Positions 37,992-51,206 of a stretch of DNA of 64,000 nt are shown here, piece after piece. The notes under the pieces were generated by a model. The model was not told where the DNA came from, did no database searches, and saw nothing but the letters and a program-made list of their open reading frames with translations. The stretch is from Octopus bimaculoides (lineage: Eukaryota): positions 2,657,070-2,721,069 of the forward strand of contig NC_068985.1 of assembly GCF_001194135.2 (NCBI RefSeq). The letters are read 5' to 3'. The translations under genes were made by a program, and so were the position numbers. The stretch's first letter is position 1; every line of letters begins with the position of its first letter.

Positions 37992-38447
37992 CATCATCAT
38001 CGTTTAACGTCCGCTTTCCATGCTAGCATGGGTTGGACGATTTGACTGAGGACTGGTGAAACCGGATGGCAACACCTGGCTCCAATCTAATTTGGCAGAG
38101 TTTCTACAGCTGGATGCCCTTCCTAACGCCAACCACTCATATATATATATATATATATATATATTCATTCATACAAGCATAAAGTCCATACTGTAAAGTG
38201 GTTGGTGTTCGGAAGGACATCCAGCTGCAAAAGCCTTGCCAGAACTGACCTTACCTGTGCTTGTGCCACGTAAAAAGCACTAAATCCACTCTGCTGAGAG
38301 GATGGTATTAGGAAGGCATCTAGCTGTAAGAATTCTGCCAAAATAGTCACAGATCTCTGGTGCAGGCTTCTGCCTTGTCAAGCTCCTGTCAAGTCATCCC
38401 ACCCAAGCTAGCATGGAAGGCGGACTTCACACAATGATGATGATGAT
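37992..38447. mobile_element. Two family C copies in opposite orientation (37992-38140 minus, 38180-38447 plus) separated by (AT)n
   Basis: Both (GAT)n tails point outward. Confidence 0.75.
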
Positions 38448-38528
38448 AAAAATATACATGTATATGCATATATACATACACATACATACATATATATTGA
38501 CATATGCAGGCACACAAATTTAAATATT

Positions 38529-38747
38529 GTTTCAAATTTTGGCACAATGCCAACAATTTCGGTGGGAAAGGAGTAACTCCATTACATTGTCCTGAGTATT
38601 CAAGTGGTTCATACTTTATCGACTCCAAAAGGATGAAAGGCAAAGTCAACCTCAGTGGAATTTGAATTCAGAGTGTAAGGACATACAAAATGCCACTAGG
38701 CATTTTGCCTGGCATGCAAACGATTCTGCCAGCGTGCCACCAGCATA
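38529..38747 (-). mobile_element. Family B SINE
   Basis: AAAGGATGAAAGGCAAAGTCAACCTCAGTGGAATTTGAATTCAGA; flanked by AAATTTAAA(A)TATT. Confidence 0.8.
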
Positions 38748-39061
38748 AAATTTAAAATATTAAAATCTTACAGGTAAAACAGGTAAAACAGGTAAAATCT
38801 TACAGGTAAAACACGAGTGTAAACATGTCCTTTTTATACAACTGATTTGTGAAAAAAGACGGGGAAGAGTCCCTTGACAAACGAGTTCAGAATTTGTTGA
38901 TCGATTCTCAAATAAGACAATACATGACTTTCTTCTGTAATCAACAGCACAGATCTGTTGCTATCGAAAGTAGTCATAGATTAGTGTAGCAGTGTAGAGA
39001 ATAGCTTAACTCTTCATTAAGTGAACAATAATTTATGCACAACAGTGTAAATCAGATGAAC

Positions 39062-39240
39062 TGAGTGTGGCTGTGTGGTAAGAAGTTTGCTTTCCAACTA
39101 CAAGGTTATGGGTTCAGCCCCAACTTGACACCTTGGGCCAATGTCTTCTATTATAGTCCCTGGTCCACCAAAAGCTTGTGAGTGGATTTGGAAACTGAAA
39201 GAAGCCTATTTTGTGTGTGTGCATGCGGTCACACACACAC
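39062..39240 (+). mobile_element. Family A SINE, 5' half
   Basis: GTGTGGCTGTGTGGTAAGAAGTTTGC..GAAACTGAAAGAAGCC. Confidence 0.75.
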
Positions 39241-39894
39241 TTATACTTCAAGGTCTATTGTAATTGTTGATGGTGAGGTTGTGATTATCATAACTGTGAT
39301 GAAGGAACAGTTCATCATAATTATCCATTTAAATTTTTTATTTAAGTTAATATCTAAATTGTAGTCAAAGACTGGAAAAAGCTGTACAAATGCATCTGCA
39401 TCCTTCACCATCCCTCTTATCTCCAGAGCCCAGATAAAATTATCCAATACAGCCCCACCATGATTCAGTGCCATCCACTTTGTGAAATGCTACTTTGACA
39501 ATTCTGCCAATTCCACCCACCCCACCCCACACACACATGTATGTAAAAGAATATGTATATATATGGATGCATTTATATGGAGAAGGGAGATCTAGCTGAA
39601 TAAATAAATACAGTGACAGACTTATAAGGCAGGCAGATGGATAGATATGGTAATTCTAATTATCATGAGGACATGTAATTACATTTAGATTGGATTACAT
39701 TGGAATATAGAATTATGCACTGTCACATATACACATATGAGAGTGTATATATGTATGTTCATATGTGTGTTCATAGATATATCTACATACACACACACCG
39801 ATCATATAATCAAAAGTTCATGCTACTAACAAATATCTAAAATATGAGGTAAAAACACCATCTACATTGATATAGGTGTTAGTCATCATGATGA

Positions 39895-40385
39895 TGGTGA
39901 TCATCATCGTTTAATGTCCGCTTTCCATGCTGGCATGGGTTGGACAGTTTGACTGAGGACTGGCAAGCCAGAAGGCTGCACCAGGCTTACTCTGATCTGG
40001 CAAAGTTTCTNNNNNNNNNNAAGGCTGCACCAGGCTTACTCTGATCTGGCAAAGTTTCTACAGCTGGATGCCCTTCCTAACGCCAACCACTCTGAGAGTG
40101 TAGTGGGTGCTTTTATGTGCCACTGGCACATGGGCGGGTCAGGTGGTTCTGGCAACGACCATGCTCAAAAGATGCTTTTTATGTGCTACATTCACGGGAG
40201 TTATACACCACTGGCATAGGCCACGGGTTATGGTCTCACTTGGCTTGTCAGGTCTTCTGAAGCACACCATATCTCCTAAGGTCTCGGTCACTCGTCATTG
40301 CCTCGGTAAGGCCCAATGTTTGAAGTCGTACTTCACCACCTCATCCCAGGTCTCCCTGGGTCTACCTCTTCCACAGGTTCCCTCA
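39895..40385 (-). mobile_element. 5'-truncated RTE-clade LINE: ORF2 C-terminus plus 3' UTR ending in (GAT)n
   Basis: Minus strand 40385-40215 encodes EGTCGRGRPRETWDEVVKYDF.., a typical RTE ORF2 end. It is followed by one hairpin-repeat unit, GGAAGGGCATCCAGCTGTAG and ACCCATGCCAGCATGGAAAGCGGACATTAAACGATGATG. Confidence 0.75.
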
Positions 40386-40914
40386 AATATTTATTGTAGT
40401 AGTAGTATTAAGAAGACACAGACTAAGAGAGAGCATCGATTAACTCATGGTAGGTTGTTGTAGTAGAACGTAGATCATAGAACATAGATCATACTTAATT
40501 CTAAAGACCCTTGATTTATGATATTCCAGCCATGGTGTATCTGTCCATATTACCCATATATCTTTTCATTTTAAAGACAATAGTGAGTTGCAGGAGGTTT
40601 GGCTGCTGTATTTAACAAGTTGAGCAACTTCACAGAGGTTTGTTTAGTTGGTGCTGGTGTTGCTGTTACTGGTGAGTGAAGGTGGTATGGATGGTGATGA
40701 TATGTGGGTCAAATTATCACCAAACAACAATCCAACAGCTCTGTAGTGTTTCTTTCATGAAATATCAAATCATTGTAAAAGTAAGAACTATTTTTGTGAT
40801 GAGGGTGGAGGCTGTTGTGATTATAGTAGTAATCAGAAATAATGGTGGCTGTTGTTTAATCCTCTGTCAGCTCTGATCAAGCAGAAGACAAATGGTCAAA
40901 AGTGTTCGAACAAT

Positions 40915-41165
40915 ACATAGGCAAAGCTGTGTGGTAAGACATTTCCTTTCCAACCACATCGTTCTGGGTTCAATGTCTTCTGGACAAGTGTCTTCTACTA
41001 TAGCCTCACGCCAACTGAAGCCGTGTGAGCAGATTTGACAGACATAAACTGAAAGAAGCCTATCTTATATGTCTGTGTGTCTGTGTGTATGAATCTTAGT
41101 GTGTGTGTTTGTCTTCCACCACTGCTTGACAAGTAATGTTAGTGTGTTTACGTCTCCGTAACTTG
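40915..41165 (+). mobile_element. Family A SINE, 3'-truncated
   Basis: GCTGTGTGGTAAGAC..GTGTCTTCTACTATAGCC..ACGTCTCCGTAACTT. Confidence 0.75.
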
Positions 41166-41169
41166 GAAC

Positions 41170-41770
41170 TCAAACTTGCTGCAAATGTTAGGCCTTACAG
41201 TCAATGACGATCTCTCTTCAACATATCAAAGACTTCATTACAAAGATTGGCATACCTCTTCAGACCCAGAAAATACTTCAACCTCCAACAGCAACAACAA
41301 CAACAACAACTAACCCTCTACAAAGCTCAGATTAGAGTTCTGCACATAAAGACATTCCTAAACTATATCCAAAGAAAGCCATCCTTGTTATTGGTATGAA
41401 GTTGTCCACCAACACACTCAAAATCTTGCGTTTCCTCTATAGCAACACACCTGGGCCTGACCTTCCATCAAACTTTAACCTCTCAACACCTGGCATAGAA
41501 CCATCACCCCCTCCTCCCTTTCTAGTGAAGAAAGCTTTTTCTTTTTCCCTTCTTCCATCTTGTTTTGCAAGTTACATCGCAACATCACTATGTTGGTGGC
41601 ACGAAAAAGCTACCCAGTACATTCTTTAAAGTGGCTGGCATAAGGAAGGACATCCAGCTACAGAAACCATGCCAAAGCAGACAGAATGGCTTGATGCAGC
41701 TCACCGGATTCTATCAAATTGGCCAACCTGAGCCAGCATGAAAAACAGACGTTAAATGATGAGGATAATG
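41170..41770 (+). mobile_element. 5'-truncated CR1/L2-group LINE remnant joined to the (GAT)n tail module
   Basis: Frameshifted LGLTVNDDLS..LFRPRKYFNLQQ..LTLYKAQIR..YIQRK, then TTGCAAGTTAC..GGAAGGACATCCAGCTACAG..GTTAAATGATGAG. Confidence 0.65.
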
Positions 41771-42869
41771 TGATAACATCTTGATGCCTTTTCCACTTTG
41801 TACAACAAGAAGTTGGAAGCTTTGAGAATTCATTACAATTGAACATCATTATTGCAAAGAATTATAACACCTGCCAGTTATTGCCAAATTTTTGACTTTT
41901 GAATAATTTATGTGTGTGTGTGTGTGCATGTGTGTGTGTGAGAGAGAGAGAGAATGTTTGTTTGTGTGTGTGTGTGTGAAAATTTCACTGTTTTATGCTA
42001 GACATACTTTTTAACTTTAAACAAGCAGCAAAACACAAATAGTATTGTTTTCCTGTTTATTAGTAATACAGGTGTTATATAGTTAAGAATGGTGTGGTTT
42101 GAAGAAAACTTAGCTGTTACATCTAACAAGTCAAGTGACAGCAAAAAGGCTCCCTCACTGGACTGTACTAGTGATAGCAGTTGGAGTGAGTACTGCAATC
42201 ACAGTGTAAAGAGAAGAATTCTTCCCTTTGTTCAATGGTCCTCACATCAGAAACAAAGATGAGATGTGAGAAACTACAGTCACAAAGAAGAACAAGAGAT
42301 GAAGCTGCCCCGGCCCCACAGAGTTAACCAATGGTGATGCACACCAGAGTTCCTGTTGTCTCTGACGATCCTGAGAGTTGTGAGCAATAAGGACCGTGCT
42401 CTTCTAGCTCAATTCTTCTCACAGACTTGATGAAGGCTACTGCCACTGACAAACAACATGAACAAGAACTACTTAATCCTGGCATGAAGTTGCTTCTGTA
42501 CCAGCACTGGCACCATCATTAAGACTGAGTTTTAGTGTAGAATCTGTTTCTTTAATACTAAACATGGATACCATTTTCTCTGAAAATGAATTTTTCCTAC
42601 TTAAAATTTTAGTCTTTCTTGATATTTTAATTCCTTCTCATTCACCTGGTACAGTCTGTATATTTATTTTTTGTTCTCTTGTCTTGGTTCAAACCCAGTC
42701 ATAACTACTCATTCACCGTTTTCATTATATTTGCTTTGAATGGATGGCAGGTGGAGCACTAGAGGGGAAGCAAGAGACCAGTGTCATTATAACTGCATCC
42801 AGAACACTGTGGCTTTCGCATAAAGCAATGACATAGCAAAGAGATGATTCTTTGGTGTCATAATAAAAT

Positions 42870-43065
42870 GCACTGAGTACATTCTACAAAGTAGTTGGCA
42901 TTTAGAAGGCCATCCAGCTGTGGAAACAATGATAGAAATGAAATGTATCAGGAAGGCATGGCTCTCCAGCCTGTCTAAGAAGGCAGTTACTCCAAATAAG
43001 AACTGACTTAAATTGTGACAACCCAACCAACCAATTCTAACAAAAATGAGGATGATGATGACAAA
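42870..43065 (+). mobile_element. Degenerate family C copy
   Basis: TTAGAAGGCCATCCAGCTGTGG..ACCCAACCAACCAA..GATGATGATG. Confidence 0.5.
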
Positions 43066-44621
43066 GAGACACAGGCATGCATGCACGTGCACACAGAGCC
43101 TAATGAGGTTGTCTTTGCTACAGAATCCCATACATAGACCAAATCATGAATGCTGAATACAAAACTGGATGGCAAGAGGTAGCACAGTCTGACAGAGAAA
43201 CAACTGTACATCATCTCAACAAACGAGAGGGAATTGGATGGTCTTTGAAGAGCTGGCAGCACCAATGTGAATGTCAACTCAAATTGCAACTGCCAAGATT
43301 TGTGAATGCAATGTTGCTGGGTCAAATGAGAGAAGTGAAACGGGGGGGGGAGAAGTAACTACGAACTGGTTGAGCTATATTTGGTGATGCAAGGGTAATT
43401 TACGATCATTGAATAAGAGGAATGTAAAGAGGGAAAGCATTGAAACAGTGAGATGTGCAGATGTGTATATCTGTCTCATTGTGTGTGCATGTGTATATAT
43501 GTATATACTTGATTATGAAGATGTGTGCGTATGTGTGTATGTGTGTGTGTGTGCATGTGTATTCAGCAAATCACACCCAAATTGAATAATTGCTTTATTC
43601 ATTTCTAGTTGTTTACAAATATTATTTCTTATTGGAACTAGTAATGAATGCAGGACCAAGCTAAACCATTTACATAGGTTACCTTTACTATACATCATCT
43701 TCTGGATTCAATTTTTTTTTTTTTTTCAGGTTTGACTTTTGATTTCTCTTCTTGCCTGGTTAATAAAGTGAATATCAATAATATATAGTGAAACCAAGTC
43801 AATTGGCAAAGACTTTTATGCTTCTGATCAAATAAAGAACTCTTTTTCCCACTTCTGATGGCATCTATTACAGGCACAACTGAGATAGCGAAGTATATTC
43901 AAGAACAAGAATGTGTATCGAATGAAGAACACAATGCAATAAGCTATAGTGCCATATTACTTAAACACAATATGCATCCAACACTTTATTAGAACACACT
44001 GACAAATGAAAAGTTAAGTTGACTTTGGTGAAATTGAACACTGAAGCATATGCACAAAAGTTAATATTGGTAAGTATATCAATTCAGGCTCTTGGCTAAT
44101 AACAGCGAAATCAATAAATATCAATACATTTTTCTCAGCTTGCAACAACCTCCTTCATCATCAAGACTATTTTTCTTTTTACACTTTAATATAAATATTG
44201 TTATTATTATTTTTTGGAAGGAAGAATTTTTTTATTTGTTAGGAAGTGTATTTCGAATCATATATACAGTTCATTATTCATAATATAAAATATCAAAGGG
44301 TGTAAAAGACTGCAAACAGAAATTATGTTCGATCATATCAAAAGTTGAAAACTTATTTGTAACACAAAGTCTTGATATTTTTCATCAATATTTTTTTTTT
44401 TTAATATTTGTGTAAGGTTTCAACTGCAGAATCCAAATTAACCATTTAATTCTCTAACTACAGGCAAATCGCACACAAAGCTTATTATTTTGAAGCTAGT
44501 TTAAGAATAACAACAATATATTTACTGATGGAGTGGCTCAACACTAGGAGTAGATGGGGTTGATGTAAGCAACTGTCCCTCCCCTCAAAAATCTGTGGGT
44601 CCTATGCCAATATTAGAAACA

Positions 44622-44623
44622 AC

Positions 44624-44661
<38 letters not shown>

Positions 44662-44671
44662 NNNNNNNNNN

Positions 44672-44705
<34 letters not shown>
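44622..44705. repeat. (ATT)n microsatellite spanning a 10-N gap
   Basis: Direct read. Confidence 0.95.
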
Positions 44706-44706
<1 letters not shown>

Positions 44707-44920
44707 GGCGATAAGCTGGCAGAGTGGCTAGCACACTGGGCAAAATGCTTAGTGGTATTTCATCTGTAATCACGTTCTGGGTTCAAATTCTGCTGAAGTC
44801 GACTTTGCCTTTAATCTTTTCAGGGTCGATATAATAAGTACCAGATGAATACTGGAGTCAATGCAATTGACTTACCTCCCCCACCCCCACAATTCCTAGC
44901 CTTGTGCCAAAATTTGATAT
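44706..44920 (+). mobile_element. Family B SINE
   Basis: GGCGATAAGCTGGCAGAGTGG..GGGTTCAAATTC..GACTTTGCCTTTAATCTTTTCAGGGTCGATATAATAAGTACC. Confidence 0.85.
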
Positions 44921-45104
44921 CACCATTATTATTGTTGTTGTTTTCTCTTTTGCAGTCAGGTGGAGACTGGTTATTTCAAGCAAATATCACAGACATATGT
45001 TAAAACAGTTTATAAATCCATGATGAAGGACATCTTCAAACCCCTCCACCCCCACCCCCACAGGAGGAAAGGAAACAACATTCCAATGATAATTAAAATA
45101 ATTC

Positions 45105-45290
45105 TCGTTAATCTTGGCACAAGGTCAGCAATTATTTTCAGGAGAGGGGAGAATCATGTAAATCAAACCAGAGTCCAACGGATACTTATTTTGTTGACGA
45201 GATAAGATGAAGGCTAAAGCGGAGCTGAGGGGCTCTTTAACCCAGGGCATAAAGAGCTGGAACAGATGCCACTAAGCATTTCTTTGTCCA
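45105..45290 (-). mobile_element. Degenerate family B SINE
   Basis: TTGGCACAAGGTCAGCAATT..GATGAAGGCTAAAG..GATGCCACTAAGCATTT. Confidence 0.5.
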
Positions 45291-45419
45291 GTACAAGAAC
45301 CAATCAACCAGGTGACAACCATAATTATAGTTATAATAATGATAATGAATACATAAAACAGAAATTTAGAAGAAGAAGAGAAGAGGGGAAGACAAGGAGA
45401 ACAAGAAGGAGTTGAATCT

Positions 45420-45830
45420 AAAAGCAACTTTAGATCCAAAAGTTTGATTAGAAGATCACTCACACACTGTCAACTTCTAAACATTCCACCATCAAAATCA
45501 TTAGCGAAAACATTCTATTTGTCCAGTCTGATATTTAGAGGTCCTCAACTGTTCAACTGCCTATCTTAAATCAGAAATATGAAAGGGACCTCTACTAAAG
45601 CATTAAGAAAAGAAAAACAAAATCATTAGATTAAACTTCTAATGATGATATCAGACCAACCAACCATTCAAGGATTCACTCAGTGAAGATCAGCTGCTTA
45701 AAACTCAATTATAGGCCAACTTCCAACCATAAAGTGACAACAAACCTGATAGAAAATAAATTGAAGTGGTGTTTTAGCATGATCACAGTCCTGAAACCAT
45801 TAAAAGAATAAAAGAACAGACAAGTACAAT
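45420..45830 (+). mobile_element. CR1/L2-group LINE 3' end, homologous to 50140-50430
   Basis: RGPQLFNCL..IRNMK; shared blocks AAGATCAGCTGCT and AATTATAG.CCAACTTCC; ends AGCATGATCACAGTCCTGAAACCATTAAAAGAATAAAAGA. Confidence 0.65.
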
Positions 45831-47159
45831 GGCTCAATATTGTACATATTAAACTGATACATGAAGGACATAGCCTCTCCCTAGCTTAGAGATTTGTGAA
45901 GTAAAAACAAACAAAAATCAACAAAAGTGACACCACCAACTCCGCTGAAGTTTATCAAATTTGATCAGAAACTGACTTTCAACCATGTAATCAATTGAAT
46001 ATTATTATTTTTTCTTTCATTTTATATTTAACATGAAGATTACCTATCCACCATGAAGAAGATCAACAGGTGTTTAAAAATTTTTGAATATTGGTCTGGA
46101 GCACAGCTCATCTATTGAAAATATCTGAGACAATAATTCCGTTTTAGACGCCCTCAGGAATCTGTGGGGTGAAGTCTTCCACACAAATATTTTGGTTAGC
46201 ACATTGCCAGATTAGATTACTTCCCACGTGTGAGATTGACGAAATTATTCATTGTTTGGTCACCTTTAAAATCAGCTCAAATTAAGCCAATCAAAGAACA
46301 GCTGAAAATATCATGAGACCCAAGAAAACATGTCAATATTTAAATGAATGCATCTTTGAAGAGTTACAATACTGGATTGAATAATATTGAACACTTGGCA
46401 AGAAATCAGACCGCATGGCACTCACCATTAATGACAGCAGAACTGTGTAGAATCAGCATGCATTTAGGGGAGAAATGTAAGCTGCGTCCAATAGCATAAC
46501 CACATCCAGTAGCTAGCTTCCTCTGACGCAATCATCACTTGATGGACATATAAGATATGTAATCAAGTATAACTGATCAGCAAAATTGATAGAACAATTC
46601 AGTTCACCTCTCTGAGAATGACACATCATTATGGGGTGTAATGGAGCTGAAAATGAAAGTGAAAACACAGCTAAGAGGCATTTACAAGACTATCTGTGCC
46701 ATCTCTTCCATTGTCACCATCAACCAAACTAACATCAGTGACAATTTTTAAATAAGAAGCTTTAAACTAACAGCCACCAGCCACAACAATCATGTTCTTT
46801 GTACATGCATGTGTACACAGAGCTAAATACACAGAAAGCTTAAATATTGCCTACACTGCAAAATCATGTTTATAAATTGAGTCCTCTTAGACAGGCAAAA
46901 TGTAATCTTAATGGCTGAAGTATTTCCCAGATATGTAGCTCTGGCTATAATATAGACAATCATGAACTAACAAGGTGGACTTCTAAGTGGTTACTTGATC
47001 TCCTAGAAACAGCAGCCAAAAGCACTCGAATTACATTGCACTATTATATTAAAAAAATGCCACAATGGTTTTAAGGAATAAAAAGAGATGGTCATGGCAG
47101 GAATGTCTTTAATCACAGGTCTGTTCATTTCGGGTTGTTCAACATAGACTGTCACTTGC

Positions 47160-47265
47160 AAAAATCTGAGTCTGGTGCAGCCACTAGCTCTCTAGACCAC
47201 AGTCAAACCGTCCAACCCATGCCAGCATGGAAAACAGACATTAAATGATAATGATGATGATGATG
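47160..47265 (+). mobile_element. Family C tail
   Basis: GAGTCTGGTGCAGCC..AACCCATGCCAGCATGGAAAACAGACATTAAATGAT. Confidence 0.75.
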
Positions 47266-47521
47266 TTAGTAACACACAGACACTACAACAATGCAGTGAC
47301 AGCATCATGGTAACACACCAGTGTGTCAGATACTAAATTCCCCACAAAGATGGCTTGCAAAATCTTTTGAATACTTGTACAGAGTTCACCAAACTTTACA
47401 AATAATTCAGAAAAATTTTACAGGAAAAATAACACTGACAGCAGTAACAACAATAACAACAAAACAGGAAGTGCCATTACCTTTTTTCCCAACATCACAG
47501 TTCCTCACAGAATATATTTAA

Positions 47522-47741
47522 CCCTTTCATTACTGTATTTATTTTGAGATGCTCTGTGTTTCTTTCAATTACTTTAATTATAACAAAGAATTTAGTAAAA
47601 TAACTTAGTAATCATTAAGCTAGTGTTAGGAACATAAATTGTGACTAAGGTTTGGTGGAAGATTTCAGTTCAAAACTTATGAAAACAAGACATTTGTACT
47701 CAGAGCCAGAGCTGATTTCAGTTGGGTTTGTAACGAAAGGG
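47522..47741. mobile_element. piggyBac-type MITE (family F)
   Basis: TIRs CCCTTTCATTAC / GTAACGAAAGGG, TTAA on both sides; reverse-complement homologue of 23144-23365. Confidence 0.85.
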
Positions 47742-48104
47742 TTAATATGCATTTTACATACACGGACACAAAAACTAAAAATATCATTTTACAATATGAT
47801 ACTAACAGCACCAAAAGCACTTTTATGAAATTAAACAATTTTGTCATAACTTATGACATTCTTGAGCAATAAATTCAGGAAACAGTCTTACTTCCAGCAC
47901 ACCAGACACCCATCATTGCAAACCGTACACCAACCAGACTATACATATCCTTCTAGAATGGGAGCATAGGTGTTGTAACACATAAAGTTACATCCAGTAA
48001 CGAGATATCATAAACGACATCTGTGAACTAAAAGGGAACAGCACTACATTAGAAATACAGGCTGGCAAAATAAAACTAGCAACATGAACAACATCATTAT
48101 ATTT

Positions 48105-48395
48105 ACTATGGTTTAGTGGTCAGGGTATTCGGCTCATGGCCAGAAGGCCGTGAGTTCGATTCCCAGTGGCGCATTCATTCCTTGAGTGGGATATTTTATT
48201 TCATGTTGTTCCTGTCCACCCAGCTGGCAAAAAGTGAGCTGTACTTGTAATTCAAAGGGGTCAGCCTTGTCACATTCTGTCACACTGTATCTCTTTGAGA
48301 ACTATGTTAAGGGTACGTGTGTCTGTGGAGTGCTCAGCCACTTGCATGTCGACTACATGAGCAGCCTATTAAGTTGATTAGATCAACTGGGACCC
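48105..48395 (+). mobile_element. tRNA-derived SINE, family E
   Basis: TGGTTTAGTGGTCAGGG..GAGTTCGATTCCC head, CCTTGAG core, CAGCTGGCAAAAAGTGAG; related to 19282-19420 and 62062-62310. Confidence 0.7.
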
Positions 48396-48651
48396 TCACT
48401 GCTATAACTTACAGTGTGCCTCTACAAACACACACCCCATGTCACTCCCGCCCCAGTTACAACACTTCCATAAGCTCTATCACCAAGAAGACTTTAAGGT
48501 TCTCGACAATCCCTGGTTCTTAGAAAGTACAAGTACTGAATTATTGCAATTAGATTCACGTTACATCCATCCAAAACATCTCCAGCCTCTGCAACAATGG
48601 ATCAAGCAGTAGAACATGCTAGAGAGGGAAGATGAACCACTTCACACTGAT

Positions 48652-48965
48652 TCATCATCATCGTTTAACGTCCACCTTCCATGCTAGCATGGGTTGGACG
48701 ATTTGATTGGAGACTGGTGAAACCAGATGGCTACACCAGTCTCCAATCTGATTTGGCAGAGTTTCTACGGCTGGATGCCCTTCCTAATGCCAACCTCTCC
48801 GAGAGTGTAGTGAGTGCTTTTACGTGCCACCGACACGAAGGCCAGTCAGGCGGTACTGGCAACAGCCATGCTCAAAATGGTGTATTTTACGTGCCACCTG
48901 CACAGGAGCCAGTCCAGCGGCACTGGCAATGACCTCGCTCGAATGTCTTTTCACGTGCCACCGGT
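48652..48965 (-). mobile_element. Family C / RTE 3' UTR with about 2.3 hairpin units
   Basis: Same unit order as 20943-21230. Confidence 0.85.
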
Positions 48966-49504
48966 ACAAGCAAATGTGGAATGCTTCAGAGAGATATTCA
49001 TTTAATCTGATCAGTAAACATTGTAGTAATTCAACCTTTGAAGATGAGATTGAAACCAGCTGGTCTTAGGACGAGTGTCAGGTAGTAATGACTGACCTTG
49101 TCATAAGCTTTAGACTAACCCAAATTGATTACCACCCAACAAAAGCCAGATCTTTTTCCCAACCTACAGTAAAATGAATCACATAGGTGCAGGCTGTTGT
49201 GGATAGATTTACTAGAAATTGCACAGGTTTGTGTGTCTCAGGCTGCATTACCAACAAATGCCAACCTCTTAGTGAGCACCTTAACCAAAGTATTGAGTTC
49301 TGTGTTGAGTAGAATTACAAGCTTGATTATTTATTGCATTCATTTTGATCATTCCTCAGTAAGCATCACACATCGCTGTGGTGGCAAACAACAATAAAGC
49401 TTGTGCATGAGGCAATCCATATCCTCATGATTTGTCCCTCACATCAGGTTAGAACATTACCAGCTCAACTTGGTTTCTTGTAGTAGTAGTAGTAGTAGTA
49501 GTAG

Positions 49505-49680
49505 TAGTTATTGTCATCATCACCAAATGTCTATTTTCCATGCTGGCAAGACCAGCAGCCTTACCAGGTTCCATTGTTTTGGCATGGTTTCTACAGATGG
49601 ATGTCCTTCTTAGCACCAACCCCTTTATTGGGTGTACTGGGTGCTTTTTATGTGGCACAAGCATCAGTGAATTTTATAAG
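49505..49680 (-). mobile_element. Degenerate family C copy
   Basis: TTCCATGCTGGC..GGATGTCCTTCTTAGCACCAACC. Confidence 0.65.
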
Positions 49681-50139
49681 GCACCAGCATCTTTCATTGA
49701 TAGTTGTAGCAATTCATCTCTCCTTCCAAACACTTCAGTAGCATTGCTGGAAAATTGCAAACATCGTCTTAGAATGAGATGTAGCTATGTTGCTATACTG
49801 CATCTCTGCTACCCAGGCCTATCAAGCAACTCTTGTTTTTGTGCACCAACCTTGGCATCAGCAGGACATTTTCTATTTTTACAAAGAAATAATAGTCTTG
49901 GTCCATTCTTGCTGCTGTCACATCAATTGTAATGCTTCTTTTAGCTGTTCCTCTACACATCTCTATAACTACATCTTTTTGCTAAAGACATTGAATGCTG
50001 TTCTAATTTTTCCTTTTGATGAAACCCATCTTCATGATAATCGTGGTAGTCTTTTTTTTTCGTTCCACTTCCAAGAATCTGTTAATTGATCAGGCTGAAG
50101 TTGTTTGCACAGATCACATATTTGTGATCTGCATAGCCA

Positions 50140-50430
50140 GCTCCCTAAAAGTCTAGATAACAAAATGTTCAACTGCATGCCTAAAGGAATCAGAAATATA
50201 AAATAGACTTCTACTGAAACATTAAAAACACTGGATAAACTCTTAACAGCAATACTCGTCCAGCCCACCATTCAAGAGTCAGCTCAAGGAAGATCAGCTG
50301 CTACAATTTCAATTATAGACCAACTTCCACTTATAAAGCAACAACAAAGCTAAAAAAAAAATGAAAACAGTACTCCAGTATGGCCACAGTCCTACTACTG
50401 AAACCACTAAAAGAATAAAAGAAAAGAATG
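50140..50430 (+). mobile_element. CR1/L2-group LINE 3' end
   Basis: KMFNCMPKGIRNIK*TSTETLKTLDKLLTAILVQPTIQESAQGRSAATISIIDQLP, then CTCCAGTATGGCCACAGTCC..CTGAAACCACTAAAAGAATAAAAGA. Confidence 0.7.
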
Positions 50431-51107
50431 TTATGCCCATCAGCTAAGCCTAACAAAAATTCTGGACGACCCATTTTAATTTCTCAAAGTCCACTTGGTG
50501 CATCAGGGAAATCAAAACAACATCTGGTGGTCGATGCCAGTGCCACCTAACTGGCTCCCGTGCCGGTGGCACCTAAAAAGCACCATTCGAGTGTGGTGGA
50601 TGCCAGTTCATTTTGAAATAGTTTCTCGTGTTCCTTCAAGTAAACAGGACATCCATTGATTAGCTGTGCAGGTAAATGATAGAACCTTCCTTATTTTTGT
50701 AATGCCATTTCCAACTGTTGTTGCTTCTGTTGTTGTTGCAAATGGCTGTGTCAGTTTTTATCTGCCTTTAAAGAGCAGCACTAATGTGGTGGTGGTGGTG
50801 GTGGTCACTGTGACAGAGACATCAATGCTGTCAGCTGTCAACACAGATGGCTATTGCCGTTCTGTTATTGTCCTTATTATAACTATTGCAGAGTTACCAC
50901 TAGTCCATGGCCATTACTGGAATCTATCTTCATTTTCTAAATGAAATTATGGATTTTTAAAAAAATACAAACGTCTAACTAAGAACCACCCTGTAGTAGA
51001 AATACTAGAATCGTGTGTCACAATTCAGTTTCTTTACAAAATTGTTAATAAAAAACACTGTATACAGATCCATTTTAGGGCAAGAACAACAAAATCTTGG
51101 TTTTTAG

Positions 51108-51127
51108 TGTGTGTGTGTGTGTGTGCA

Positions 51128-51158
<31 letters not shown>

Positions 51159-51169
51159 GACAGACAGAC

Positions 51170-51206
<37 letters not shown>

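Noticed and set aside
38760-38812. Four copies of ACAGGTAAAA
   Set aside because: A short slippage-type tandem repeat with no further structure.
39972-40059. 39-bp direct repeat either side of a 10-N gap
   Set aside because: Same assembly artefact.
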